Below are positions 1 to 12,900 of a stretch of 20,000 nt of DNA, piece by piece; position 1 is the stretch's first letter; each line of letters starts with the position of its first letter. The position numbers and the translations under genes were made by a program. This DNA comes from Trichomonas gallinae (taxonomy: Eukaryota), in the NCBI GenBank assembly GCA_008369845.1, contig MRSU01005588.1, positions 47,542-67,541 of the forward strand, given 5' to 3'. The notes under the pieces are model-generated. The model saw nothing but the letters and a program-made list of their open reading frames with translations. It did no database searches and was not told the origin of the DNA.

Positions 1-2
1 CG

Positions 3-930
3 AAGGAAGACGATATTCTTCAAACATACTCACTCCAAGATGGTATGGTTGTCTATATTCTCAACCGCTACAAAGAAATTCGTATCCATTATCCAGATGA
101 TACAGTCAAAACAGTCAGAGTCGACATTACTCTTTCTATCGAAGAAATTACGAAATTCCTCTTCAAGAAGGCAAGGCTTCCAGTCATGCTGGGCTACACA
201 TTATGGTGGCCAGATGCGAAGAAGAACCTTGTTCCACTCGATTTCCGTATGACATTACCAGAACAAGTTGATGACTACAAAGAACTTTATTTCAGGAGAA
301 GATTCTACGTTCTTTCCGCTGAAGTTCTTCAATCAACAGCATCTGCTGTCCAAACAGTCATAGAATGCAAGAAATACATCGAAGAACAGAACTACAAGCT
401 CGAAGACAACCAATTAATCAATCTCGGCATGAATTATTTATATGCAATCGGAACTCGTAACATTCGTAAAGGAAAATTCGATCTTCAAGATTATGTTCCA
501 AAGGCAAACACTATTAGCCAAAGCTTGAACCAAGAATTCAATCATCTGTTGAATGATGCCAAAGATACAACACAGCTTTCAGCTGCCAAGAAATACATCG
601 CTTTAGTTCGTGGCTTGCCAGACTTCGGTGTCGAAAAGTTCAAATTCTCATCATACAGAGATGATTTCGGAAAAGGCCAAGTCATCAAGAAAGGCTACTT
701 GTTCATTGGCCCATTCGGCGTCCAAATCCTTGATCCGAACGAGAAGCCGGTCTTCGAAAGAATTCCTTACAGACAGGTCAAATCATATTCAGCTTCACCG
801 AACAACTTCAAGATCATTTTCGCTGTCCACAGACACACAGTCACTGGCTTCATCCGCATCCGTGATTCTTCTCAGGTTGATATGATGATCACATATAACA
901 TCAAACTCAATCACGATTTGCAGATCCTCA
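3..930 (+). other. Talin-type FERM head unit 1 (end of F0, then F1-F2-F3); protein domain within CDS
   Basis: F1 start IRIHYPDDTVK at ~78; RRRF at 294-305; Y..L...LPDFG at 594-629; F3 strand VKSYSASPNNF at 777-809. Boundaries approximate. Confidence 0.8.
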
Positions 931-3900
931 ACAAGGAAAGAAAGATGGAGCAGGCATTGGAAACAGCTCTCAGACTCAGTGGAGGCTGGAAGGATGAACA
1001 AGGCAGAGTTCACGGCCCGATGCTCGACTTCAGGATTGGTGTTTGGGGCGATCCACAGCTCAAAGAAACAACATGGTTCGATCTCGAAACACCACAGCCT
1101 AAAGTTCTCGAGACTTCATTAATCGTCACAAATCTCGATCAGAAAGAACAATGGGCGACATTAGTACAAGTCGTCAAAGGCGTCAACAAGTGGCTGCTTC
1201 CAGATATGATCCTCAGCGATGTTCATCCATATCGTGATGCAATTATTTATGTCCATCCAGCTAAATTATTGATCAAGTTCATTGTCTCAGATAAGCGCAC
1301 GAAGGTTATCGAGATTGTCACAACTAAGACAGTCGAAGAACTAATCCCAATGATCGGCGACAAATTCAAGATCAAGAACACATTGGGATATGCATTATTC
1401 GCTCCAGAGAGGAAGGAGAAACTCAGAACACTCGACAACTATAAGACAATCACAGAGCAGATCAACAAAGTCGCTGATCTTTACTTCAGAAGGTTCTTCT
1501 TCGTCATCAGCAAGAGCGAACTCGAAGACCCAGACTCACTTCTTGATCTTTACTACGATGTCAAGCAGCTCGTTCTCGAAGGAAAGGTCGACATGAAGCT
1601 TCCTCTCGCTCTTGAACTCGCTTATTATTCGATCATCGCTGAACACGAGAATCCAAGCACATCACACATCGCAGAAGATTTGTCGACAATGCTTCCGGCT
1701 GGAATGCAGTACCACAAGAAGTCAAGAAACGAAATCGTTGAAATGCTCAAGAAGAACCAGATCAAGACAACAAGAGAAGGCATGCTCAAGTACATCAACG
1801 CAGCACGTGCATTACCAACATTCGGTGCCACAAAGCACAACTGCACATTCATCCAGCGCGATGACAAGAAGGTCGCTGAAATTCCAGCAGTCATTCTTGT
1901 CGGTCCATCGAGAGTTTTCGTCGTCGGAAAAGCTCGCAAAGAGCAACTTGCTGAAGCAGAATATCGTCACTACATCAGGACAGAGTTCACAGACTCAGAG
2001 CTTCTCATCAAATACTCTTCAGACAAAGATACAGCATCGCAACACATCTTAGTTCGCGCTAGTGATCCGTCAATCATCGCAACTTTCGTCACAAAGCACA
2101 TTAATATTTTACAACAGCTCCTTCACCGTCGCGTCTCAGAACTCGATCCAAACGCTGACCCAGTCACATCAAAAGAGAGAGTCATTCTCAGAACATCTCG
2201 CGGCTGGAAGATAAAGGAAAACGATCCAATCCAGGCATACGATATGAGATATTCAGGCATCCAAGTTCTCGCTCGTGCTCGCAAGCATCTTAAGCTCACA
2301 GAGAACATATCCTACTCTCCACTTCTTCAGCTTACTGATGATGAATTCCGGTGGATTGCTCCAGATGACCTTCTCGGCAACTACTTCCCATGCGACTACA
2401 TGATCCTTCAGATCTTCCCGACACTCGTTCAGCTCAAAGTACATCTTGAGAACCAGCCAACAGTCACAGTTACAGTAGATATCACGAAGCCACTTCATGA
2501 GCTCATTTCTCAAATCGCTGATCGTCTTTTCATCGACTATGCTATCGGCTACACACTTTGGATCGAGCGTCCGAACAAGTCACCACTTCCACTCGACTTA
2601 TGCCTCTCCATTCCAGAGCAAGTCGCTGAGCCAACAGACTTCTTAGTCAAGCGCCGCTTCTTCTCATGGACAAAGGAAGACCGCCAGCAAGATTTCGTCG
2701 TAAGATCAATCTATCCAGATGTCAAGGCCAACATTCTCTCAGGCATCCCAACACTTCAGGATTCAAGGCCGCAAGAACTCGCCATTTACTCAATCTACGC
2801 TGAGAACCGGGGAATCAAAGATCCACAACAGCTTAAGATCCCTGAAGTCAAAGATCTCTTCCCATCGAACACGAAGAAGGACAAGATCAACATGGACAAC
2901 ATCAAGAAGTACATCAGAACTAACCCAGTCATGAAGCAGCTCATCGCACTCAAGAAGTATATCCTCGTCGCGAAGAACTGCAACAACTTCGGCTCTGAAA
3001 TCTTCAACTGCACAATCTATGATGACGTCAGAATCAAGACACCTGCTGATATCAAGATCGCTATCGGTCCAATCGGCGTCGGCTTCCAGGGCAGCTACAT
3101 GAAGACGAACTCCGATGGCACAGAAACACCAGCTAAACTCAACGAACGTATTTCTTACCAATACATCCATGACTACTTCCTCATGGTCGACCACGTCACA
3201 ATCCGCGTTTCTCAAGCCAACGGCAAAATCAGATCATTCCAGATCCAGTCTCGCAAGGCCAAAGAGATCTTCTCACTCCTCAAGCAGTACATTGAGATCA
3301 TCAACAAGATCATCAAGGCTCGTGAGCGTCTTCAGGCTCAAAACGAAGACTTCAAGAAGAAGATCACAGGCAAGATCGACTTCCCGATCAAGATCCCAGT
3401 CACTCGCCGTCTCGATCACCCGAACCCACCACAGTTTAAGTTCGGCAGAAACTTCACAGGCCACGAAATCATGGAACTTTCTCTTTACTACTTCGCTCTT
3501 CCACAGGAAGTTGATAAATGGTGCCTTTTGTACAGAAGCGAGAAGATCGAAAACGAAGAAACCAAGAAAGTCTACCACTGGTTCAGACCAACACAGAAGC
3601 TCCAGGAATACAACCCAACGCCTGGCGATCTCATCATTCTTCTCCCACTTAAGCCATCAGTCACTGTTGAAACAGAGCACGGACTTTCTCACACATTCAA
3701 CCTCGATGTCACACAGCCAATCTTAGAGCACACGAAGGAGACAAACGAGTTCTTCAAGATCGGATCCAACCTCGGCTTCACATTCTACGACAAGCTCGAG
3801 GACGACTCTTTCCATCCACTCGACTTCACTCGCTCAATTCCAACACAGACACAATACTTCAGCAACATCATGCTCAGGAGAAGGTTCTTCATCTTCACAT

Positions 3901-6900
3901 ACGAAATGTTTGATGATCCAGAGTCTGTCATGTCCATCTACATGGACACGAAGCTCTTCATTGTCCAGGGCAAGCTCGTCGTCAACGTCGAAAAGGCCAT
4001 CGACTTGGCCATTCTCTCATTATACGCAGAGACAGACGACACAGCTAAAGTCCTCGAGAAAGCAAACAGCATGAAGGTTGAACAAATCCAGGAGCTCTTC
4101 CCGAAGGCAATCGACGTCGATCAGAACCTCGCAGAGAAGTTCTCGAAGGCGGTAACAGTCCAGCCACCACTCGACAAGATCAACGCTGCTAAGGCATACA
4201 TCAACAACACAATGATGATGCCAGGCTACGGTGAAGAAATTTACGATGTCAGGTACACATATATCGAGGAAATGGGCGACAGCCAAGAAGACGATGGCAG
4301 AATCTCTGTTTCACCACGTTCCATCCTCATTCTAACAAACCAAGGACAGATTATCGGCGAGATCTTCTATCCGTTCCTTTCGGAGTGGAACTTGTATGAT
4401 AAGAACAAGATGATTCCATTCACACATCTCCAAGACATCAACCCCGATACATTCATCCAGTTCGACTACACAGACTTCTCTGCTATGCACTATACAGTCA
4501 GAATAGAGTCTAAGCAGATCGAGAACATCGCATCATATGTCTCCAACTTGCTCGAAATCTTAGGATGGGAGAATATCGGACACATCATCGACTACAACCA
4601 GGGTCTCAACTTCAACAGAGAAGTCCACGTTGATGAAACATATCTCCTCGATGAAGACTTCTTCCACCACAACTTTGATAACATCGAAACAATCGAAATC
4701 AACCTCGACCATACATTCAAGATCGATCTAGATGATGATGACGATGAGAGAAACTTCACATTCAACGTCAACACGAACTTCAACGAACAAGAGTTCAACG
4801 AAGATGCTGGCGATTCTATCATGGACGATGACTTAGAATGGCGTGCAAATCCAGATGGTCTCCAGTACCAGCGTACAAAGAACCTCCTCGACATGATCGA
4901 GTTGGAACTCCAGATCTCACCAGAAGATATCGAGAAGCTCAATCCAACACAGTTCTTCCAACAGCTCGCTACACTTAACGACTCAATCAACCAGTTCACG
5001 ACAGAGTGCACGAACGATGATCTTAGAGACAGATTCTTGAACATCCGTACAAGCATTGATACTCTTTGCGACACAACACAAAACATCGTTCAAAACGATC
5101 AGGAAATTCGTCCATTCGTTGATATCATCCACACACAGCTTGCTCAAGCTTTGCAATTCATCCCTGTTGCTCGTTCGCAGTCTGACTGGATGTTCGACAA
5201 CTTCAAAGTTCAAATCAAAGAGAAGTCTCAACAAGTCACAACTGGCCCGAACAAGAAGGACATGCCCGAGCTTTCAAAGAGTCTCATCATGATCTCAGAC
5301 GCACAGGAATCTATTGCAGATACACTTCTCAGGAACTCCGGCCTCCTCAAGATCATGAACATCGACACAATGGACCTCCAAGACAGGCTTCGTAACACAT
5401 CAGCGACACTCACCAGACTTTCTGCGACACTCACAGAGCAGAAGAACCTCATGATGATCGCTCCTCACCTTATCCCACAGGTCACAAGTGCAACAAATGC
5501 ACTTCAGGAGATCCAGGAGATCTTAGATACAGTCAAGGCAAATGATGTCTCTATTGCTGACCTCGGTGAAGCACAGACCAAGCTCAGAACATTGCTAGCT
5601 GCTGCGCAGAAGCAGATCAGAGAGCAGGCAGTCAACCAGCCAGAACTTACACGCCGTGCAGTCATCATCATGGGTAACGACAATAGTATCCCAGAGACAA
5701 TCTCAGGCCTTGAAGACATCCCAACATCTTCCATCAAGGAACTTCCAGAGGCAGCACAAGGACTTACTAACACAGCCATCGATGCTATCGAAGAGCTCAA
5801 GAAGAATCTTACACAGCTCAAGCTCAATCAAACAAGCGAAGCAGCAAGACTTGAAGCAATCGCTTCACTCCACAGAACCAGCGACTCTGTTAAGGATGCT
5901 CTTGTTCAGCTCCGCAAGATTGGACTTGGCACAGTTCAAGATTCTCTCATCCTCAAGTTGAGCAACATCGAGAAACTTGTTGCCAACGAATTAGATTTGG
6001 TATCAACTAAGAACATCACGCCAGTCTCAGTCGCCAAAGTTAACGATGACCTCACATACATGCTCAACTTCTTCGCACGCATGAAACCATCAGCGGTTGC
6101 CCAACTCAATGAGAACGACCAGATGGTTCTTAACAAGCTCAAGGACTATCAGTTCAACCTTGCTCAGCAGCAGTCTGCTCTCATGGTGAACACAATCGAC
6201 CCGAATGCTGTCTCAAGAGCACAATCTATTCTCATCCAGTTGAAGCAAGAGTTCCCAGACATTTCTATCTCTATTTCACACATGGCCAGCATCGCAAACG
6301 ATGCCAAGCTTCCGATCATCATCGAGCGTCTCGACATGAACATCAACAAGTCTCTTACTGATCCAATCGTTCAGGGTGAGAACTTGTCTGCTTGCGAATA
6401 TGTCCTCAAGATGCAGGAAGCCAACTACGCGACAGCCAACCTCCTCAACGAACTCGCCAACATCAAGAATCTTCCATCAGTTGCAGAAGACCAAGAACTC
6501 GCTGAGCGTTGCGCAAGAGCAATTGAGATGTCTCAGAAGGCATACTTGGATCTCAACGACATCAGAAACGATGTTGTTCCAAATCCATTTTCAAGGAAGT
6601 CTCTCGACAGAACATATGAAGTCATCGTCAAGAACGTCAGCGCAATGAACGAAATCAAAGTTCTCGCTCACCGTGTCGCTGATGTTGCACAGAACGTCAG
6701 AATCGACCAGCTCACAGATGACATCATCGCAAACTACAACGCTGTCATCCACGGCCTTGATAACGCACACATCGATGTTCTACCAGATCTCAACTCTAAG
6801 GAGCCAGCGAAGATCGAGAAGGTTGTCCCAACATCAGAAGATGCACAAAAGGTTTTGGATTCACTTTCCAACATGATCCAAATCGCTTCTTATCTCGCTG

Positions 6901-9900
6901 GCCTTCCAGAAGTCACAGCAGATCCAGCCCTCTACAACGGTGTCAGCGCCGACTACCACGCATACTATGCACAGTACAATGATGTTCAGGCAATGCTCGC
7001 TAATCCGAACGAGTCAATATATCCAATCATTCAGGATCTCATTGGCCGCTCTCAGAACATGCACAACATTGCTATGTCTATCCCATCATATGCAAACACA
7101 CCGAACTCCAGCGAATCCATTCCATCTATTATTACACACGTACAGACAATCAAGATGCCATCAATGAAAGATGAAGCAGAAATCGTCGTCAGTTTCGAAG
7201 ACGTCAAGAAGTCCCTCAAGGATTCCAAACCAACAATCAAAAAGCTTCTTGATATCATCAAAGATCTCAGAACGACAGAAGATGTCAAGGGCAGCAGGGC
7301 AACACTCCAGACACTCGATGACTGGACGAAGTCGCTCGAATCTGTTCTCAACAAGATCGAGATCCACAGCACAGATGCAAACTACACGAAGCAGATGGCT
7401 ATGAACGACAAGGAAGCACTTCTTGTCGCTCAAAGGAAGATGGTCGTCATCCCACTCAAAGTCAGGCAGACATTGCAGAAGGATCAGATCGAAGACCTCA
7501 CACCAGCACTCGAGCAGTTTAACACTGCTGCTCTTGGCTCTATTGCTTTGATCAGAAACCTTCCACGCTCAAAGAAGATCGAGTTGAAGAAGTTCACACT
7601 TCCACACATCGAAATCGATACAGAAGTCGATGACCTCGTCGGCATGTTAGTTGACTACTCTAAGGAAGTCAACAAGATCATCGACATCGTCATCAACCTT
7701 CCACAAGTCCATGACTCATTGAACGCACTCAACCTCATCAACCAGATGAAGCAGAGCTTCACATACATCGACTACGAAGCACTTCGTGGACTCGATGAAG
7801 AAGACTTCATGGAGAAGTTGGTTTCTATCCACAACACAATTCCAGCATTGATTGCATCGGCTGAAATCCTTCAACCTCTCCTCGACAACGATGCTCTTAC
7901 CGTTGCACTCAAGGGATTCAACGATCTCGCAAACAGCTCATACAAGATGATCTCAGTTCCACACATGAACACACACAAGTCTGCGGAGTTCCAGAGCCAG
8001 ATCCTTCCACATCTTCAGCACGCGGACCAGATGATCACAGAAGCATACAAGATCGCAGAAATCAAGACAAACGTCAAACTCGTCAACCAGCTTCGTGGTG
8101 TCCATCATCTCATCAAGTCAAGCATCACAGAGCTTCCAACACTCAAGCCTCGTCTTGTTCAGACAAGATGCGACGACATCTATGGCTCCGTTTGCCAGGT
8201 CTTGCCGTCATTATACGATGCAGGCAACTTCGACAATCTTGAACGCAGCTTGCAGAACCTCGGCTTCATCGCTGAGAACTACACTGCTCTTCCAACTCAG
8301 CGCAAGGGTAAGACAGAAATACTCGTCTACAAGGACAAGCTCATTGAAGACCAGGCACTCAAGCACCTCGTCGAATCTCTCAAGGATAACTTGACGAGCG
8401 ACCTCAATGAGTTCACGAACGAATTGAAACAGAACATCAAGGAATCTCTCAAGGTCATCCACGATCACCAGAACAGTGTCTCACCATCTGTTACACTCGC
8501 AGTCAACGAATTGATCAACTTAATCAACCGTAACAACGACACAGCAATAATCCCAGCAGCAAAAGTCATCAACAATGTTAGCAACAGCTACGACGAAAGA
8601 ACAGAGAACCAGGCAGAAATTGCCCTTTCATCAACAGTTGCTGCCTCAATGCAGCTCTTGAAGATGATCAAGGCTATGAAGTATCTTCAGGACCAGATCC
8701 ACGACAACGCAAGAAAGTTTGGCTCAGATGTCTTTTATTACACAGAGCGTGCTAACAACAACATCAAGGATGCTGATGCCAAGCTCCTTGTCGAATGCCA
8801 GACACTTCCAGCAGCTATTCTCAACATCGACAACCTCCACAAGAACAGAGCAGACATTGCTCTTGTTATTCAGTCTCTCGAGGGCAACGAGCTCGTTAAG
8901 GGCATCGTTCAGCCACTCGAAGAATCTTTGGTTACATTCAGCGACAACGTTCATGCTGCTGACTCTTCATTCGCATCAATTCTCCTCAACAATCTCGAGA
9001 GAATCGCATGCCCACTCGATAAGATGAACATCGTCAGCCCACAGACATCATCACAAGAGATGCTCAATTTCTTAACGAACATCATCCCGATCATCAGATC
9101 AATCGACAGACAGAGAATTGTCGGTCGCCAGGAGCTCATGAACGTTTGCAGGATCTACAAGGACTTCGTTGCTAATGTTTATGGAACAATCAACTTCATC
9201 AAATCCAAGTACCAGAAGCCAGTTGACGAAGCCATCAAGGCTCTTGAAAAGTACAAGAACATGATAGACATGTACTCAGAGCCACCAACATTCTCAGACA
9301 GAGCAGAAGCTATTTCTCACTTACTTGCTACTTCTGTCCTCGCCAAGAAGTCTTTGGCTTCTGTAGCACAAGATGCACAACAGAACCCAGAGAGCGCTGG
9401 CACAGTTCTTTCTCCAACAACTGACATCATCGACGAACTCGTATTGACACATTCTATTGCAGAGCAGTACGGATTCAAAGATGAAGAGACAAAGGCCAAG
9501 ATCACAGAGGCATCGCAAAAGATGTCTAAGATCTATAAGGAAACATCCAAGCATGAATTCGGCCAGACAGCTCAAGATGTTACAGCTCTCGCTAAAGTTC
9601 TTAATGACTTAATTGTCACAGTCAACGGCAAGCAGGAGATTGACTTCGAATCTGCTGACAGCAACATCAACTTCAAGGATGTCAACGCTGAGCTTTATTT
9701 GTCTTCAATCACAGATCAGTCATGCTACAACCTCGCTTTGCAGTCCAACCAGCTCCTTCAGAACCTCAAGACACAGATGATGCAGCTCAAGCAGGCTCGC
9801 GTCCACAGTGGAAAGCAGTCACAGAATGTCACAGAGATTCTCAAGAAGCAGTCAACACAGAGCGCATTGGCAGCTTCTTCACTTTCAATTGCTCTCAACC

Positions 9901-12900
9901 CAACACTCGCCTTCACATCACTAGACGCATCTATCATCGCTCCATCCGTCATTCAGTCAATGGAGTATGGCGCAGTTTATGCTGCAGCCGTTCCAATCCT
10001 CCAGCAGCCAAAGCTTTCAGAGTCCAACACACGCCTTCTAATCTCACAGAGACTCGAAGCACTTAGACAGAAGGAGTTGACAGAATTCCCAGACACAGTC
10101 AAGATGCTCTCATCCAAGCAAACATTCAAGTTCACATCAGATGAGATCACTGATGCTGTTATGTCCATCCAATCTCTCTTGAATTCATTCAATGAAGGCA
10201 CTAAGATTGAAGAAGCACTCTCTCGTCTTACACCATCCCAGGTTCTTGTCCAGCAGCATGTTCTCAAGTTTGCTCTCGACGGAATCAAGAACAACATGAT
10301 CGACACAGGTATCGTCACATCCAGCGAAGGCCTTTCTGCTAACAAGCTCAATTTACTCGAAGCAGCTGCACACAAACAGGCACAGAACCCATCCAAGCTC
10401 AATGTTAGGACAGTCAACGATGTCAACAACGCTTTCGTTAAGAACATGGCTATTGTCAACGTCTTAGAGTCGCTTATTTCTATCACACAGCAGCAAATCG
10501 CCGAAGTCCCAGAGCTTTGTAGATTCATCAACACACCAGAAGGGCAGTCGATCTTCAAGAGCCCACTTGACGCTGGCCAGATCATCGAAGCACAGCAACA
10601 AGTCCTCAGACAAGTTGCTCTCGCTGACAGCCAGGAGAACCTCGCAGCATACACAAGGACATTCACACCAGCACAGCTCATCAACCAGCAGAGAATCATT
10701 TCTCACACAGTCTCCATGCTCACAGCCGATGATGTCTACACAATCATCAATGATCCAAACGTTGGTACAACACCAATGGAAATCCTTAAGGCTGCAAACC
10801 TCAAGGTCCAAGACAAGCTCAAGAACAACGAAGAGAACAACAAGCAGACAGCTTTGATTGAAACAGACAATGTTTCTAAGCTTCAAGAGTTCTGCAATGA
10901 TATGATGGAGCGCTTACTTCTTGCCCAAGCTCTCATGACAGTTCAAGCAACACACGATGCTGCTTTACCAGGCTTACATCAGCAGCTTGAAGCTATTGAT
11001 GTTGCACAGCCAATTAACGGCCAGTTCCTTGAGCAGCTCGTTCCAATCCTCAAGACAGAAATCGAGTATTGCAACTCTCCACAGCAGTTCGCTGAAGTCC
11101 TCGCTCAGATGAAGCCAGAGGACATCCAATCCCAGCAACCATACATCGCATTCCTTGCTGGTGCCCTTACAACACTTCCTCGCAATGAGCTCTGTAGCGC
11201 ATCTTCTGTACCATTCAAGAGCAGCGCAGACGACATCATCGAGAAAATCATTAACTCTGTTACAGACATTTTGACAGAAGCACCTGAATTGCTTACAGAT
11301 GTTGATCCAATCAGCAGCGAGACAAACTTCGAGGACTTCACGAACCACTTGATGGTCTTGAATTCCTGCATGACTGCAACAAACATGGAGAGAATCATCT
11401 CACAGATCCGTGCCAACAACGCAATGATTGATCAAGTTGGCCAGGCACAGAATGTTCAGCAAGTCTTCTCATCCTTCACAAACCAAGATGCAGACAATGT
11501 TCGCGAGAATTTGCTTGTTCTCTATGATCTCGTAAACCAGTCAACAGAGGAACTCGATCAAGCTGTCAAGCAGCTCAGTGAACAGGAGATCCACCAGTCT
11601 TACTGCATGTTGATCACTGAACTCCTCAGAGTCAGCAACATCGACAACATCACACAGAAGGTTAAGGCTCGCAGTGCAGAAACAAGAATCTTCGACCGCT
11701 CTCTTCTCATCCAGTCTGAGCCACAGAAGGGGATCGCGCAGCAGCCAATTGCTTCTGTTTTACCTGATGTTCAAGCAATCGACCCTGAAGTTCTCGAAGA
11801 ATACAAGAGCTTGGCAAAGGCCTCATTCTCCAGCAACATGACAAGACTTGCTGTCGAGTACAACAAGGCTCTCAACAAGCCACTTCCACAGATCCAGGAG
11901 CTTTTAGTCCAGCAGCAGGGCAAGTTCGATTTGGCCAAGTTGAACGAACTCGAGCAAATAGTTTATCAGCAGATCTACACAATCGGACAAGATGAGCCAC
12001 AAGTTCTCGCTCAGATCTCTCAGATGTCTGATGAAGACAAAGTTCTCACACAGTCTCTCATCATGAACATCTCACAACTCGCTGAATCTGCTCAGTACAT
12101 GGATGCAGTCTGCACAAACATCAACTTCCTTCCAGCTGATTTAGATGATCCAAAGGTCATCGATCAGACAAACCAAGTCTCTGCTGCAACAATAGCAATG
12201 AACTTGATCCAGTACCAGCAGCAGATGCTCCAACAGTCCACACACTTTGTCACACAGATGCCACTTCCAAACGCAGCAGTTCTCGAGAAGAACGTCGCTG
12301 CAGCTAAGGAAATCCAGAACCGCTCACTCATCACATCCAAGCTTGCAACTCTCCAGAAGCAACTCCTCACAAAGAGCCCAGAACTCCATGGTCTCGTCGA
12401 ACAATCGAAGCAGAATGGATCAGTTAAGATCAACATTTCTCCAGAGTTACTCGTCCAGCTTCAAGGAGAAGTCAAGTCTTTGGTTTCCACATCTGCTACA
12501 GCATCAAGAATTGTTCCACTTGCAGCAGGCGACAGCGATGACAACATCAAGCGCCTTGCTGTTATCAACAACCTCGTTTCAATTGTCAAACCACATACAA
12601 CTGTTATCACACCAATAACATCCTTGGAGAACTTCCAGTCAATCTTCGACGACAAGTATAATGCTGCAACAGTTCCTGTTTCAGTCAGCTTAATCGTCGT
12701 CAACAAGCCAAGGACACAGCTCATGGCCACAGCATCGGCTGCTCAGACAGCTGCTGGATTGTTGCCAATCCTCGCTCAGTTTTCATCACTTCCAATTTCT
12801 GAATGCTTCAACATCTTCTCATCTGAGAACACAGAAGCAATCAAGCTGATCCAGAAGCTCATGACACCAATTTCTCAGCAAGATCGCGACTTATACGTCC

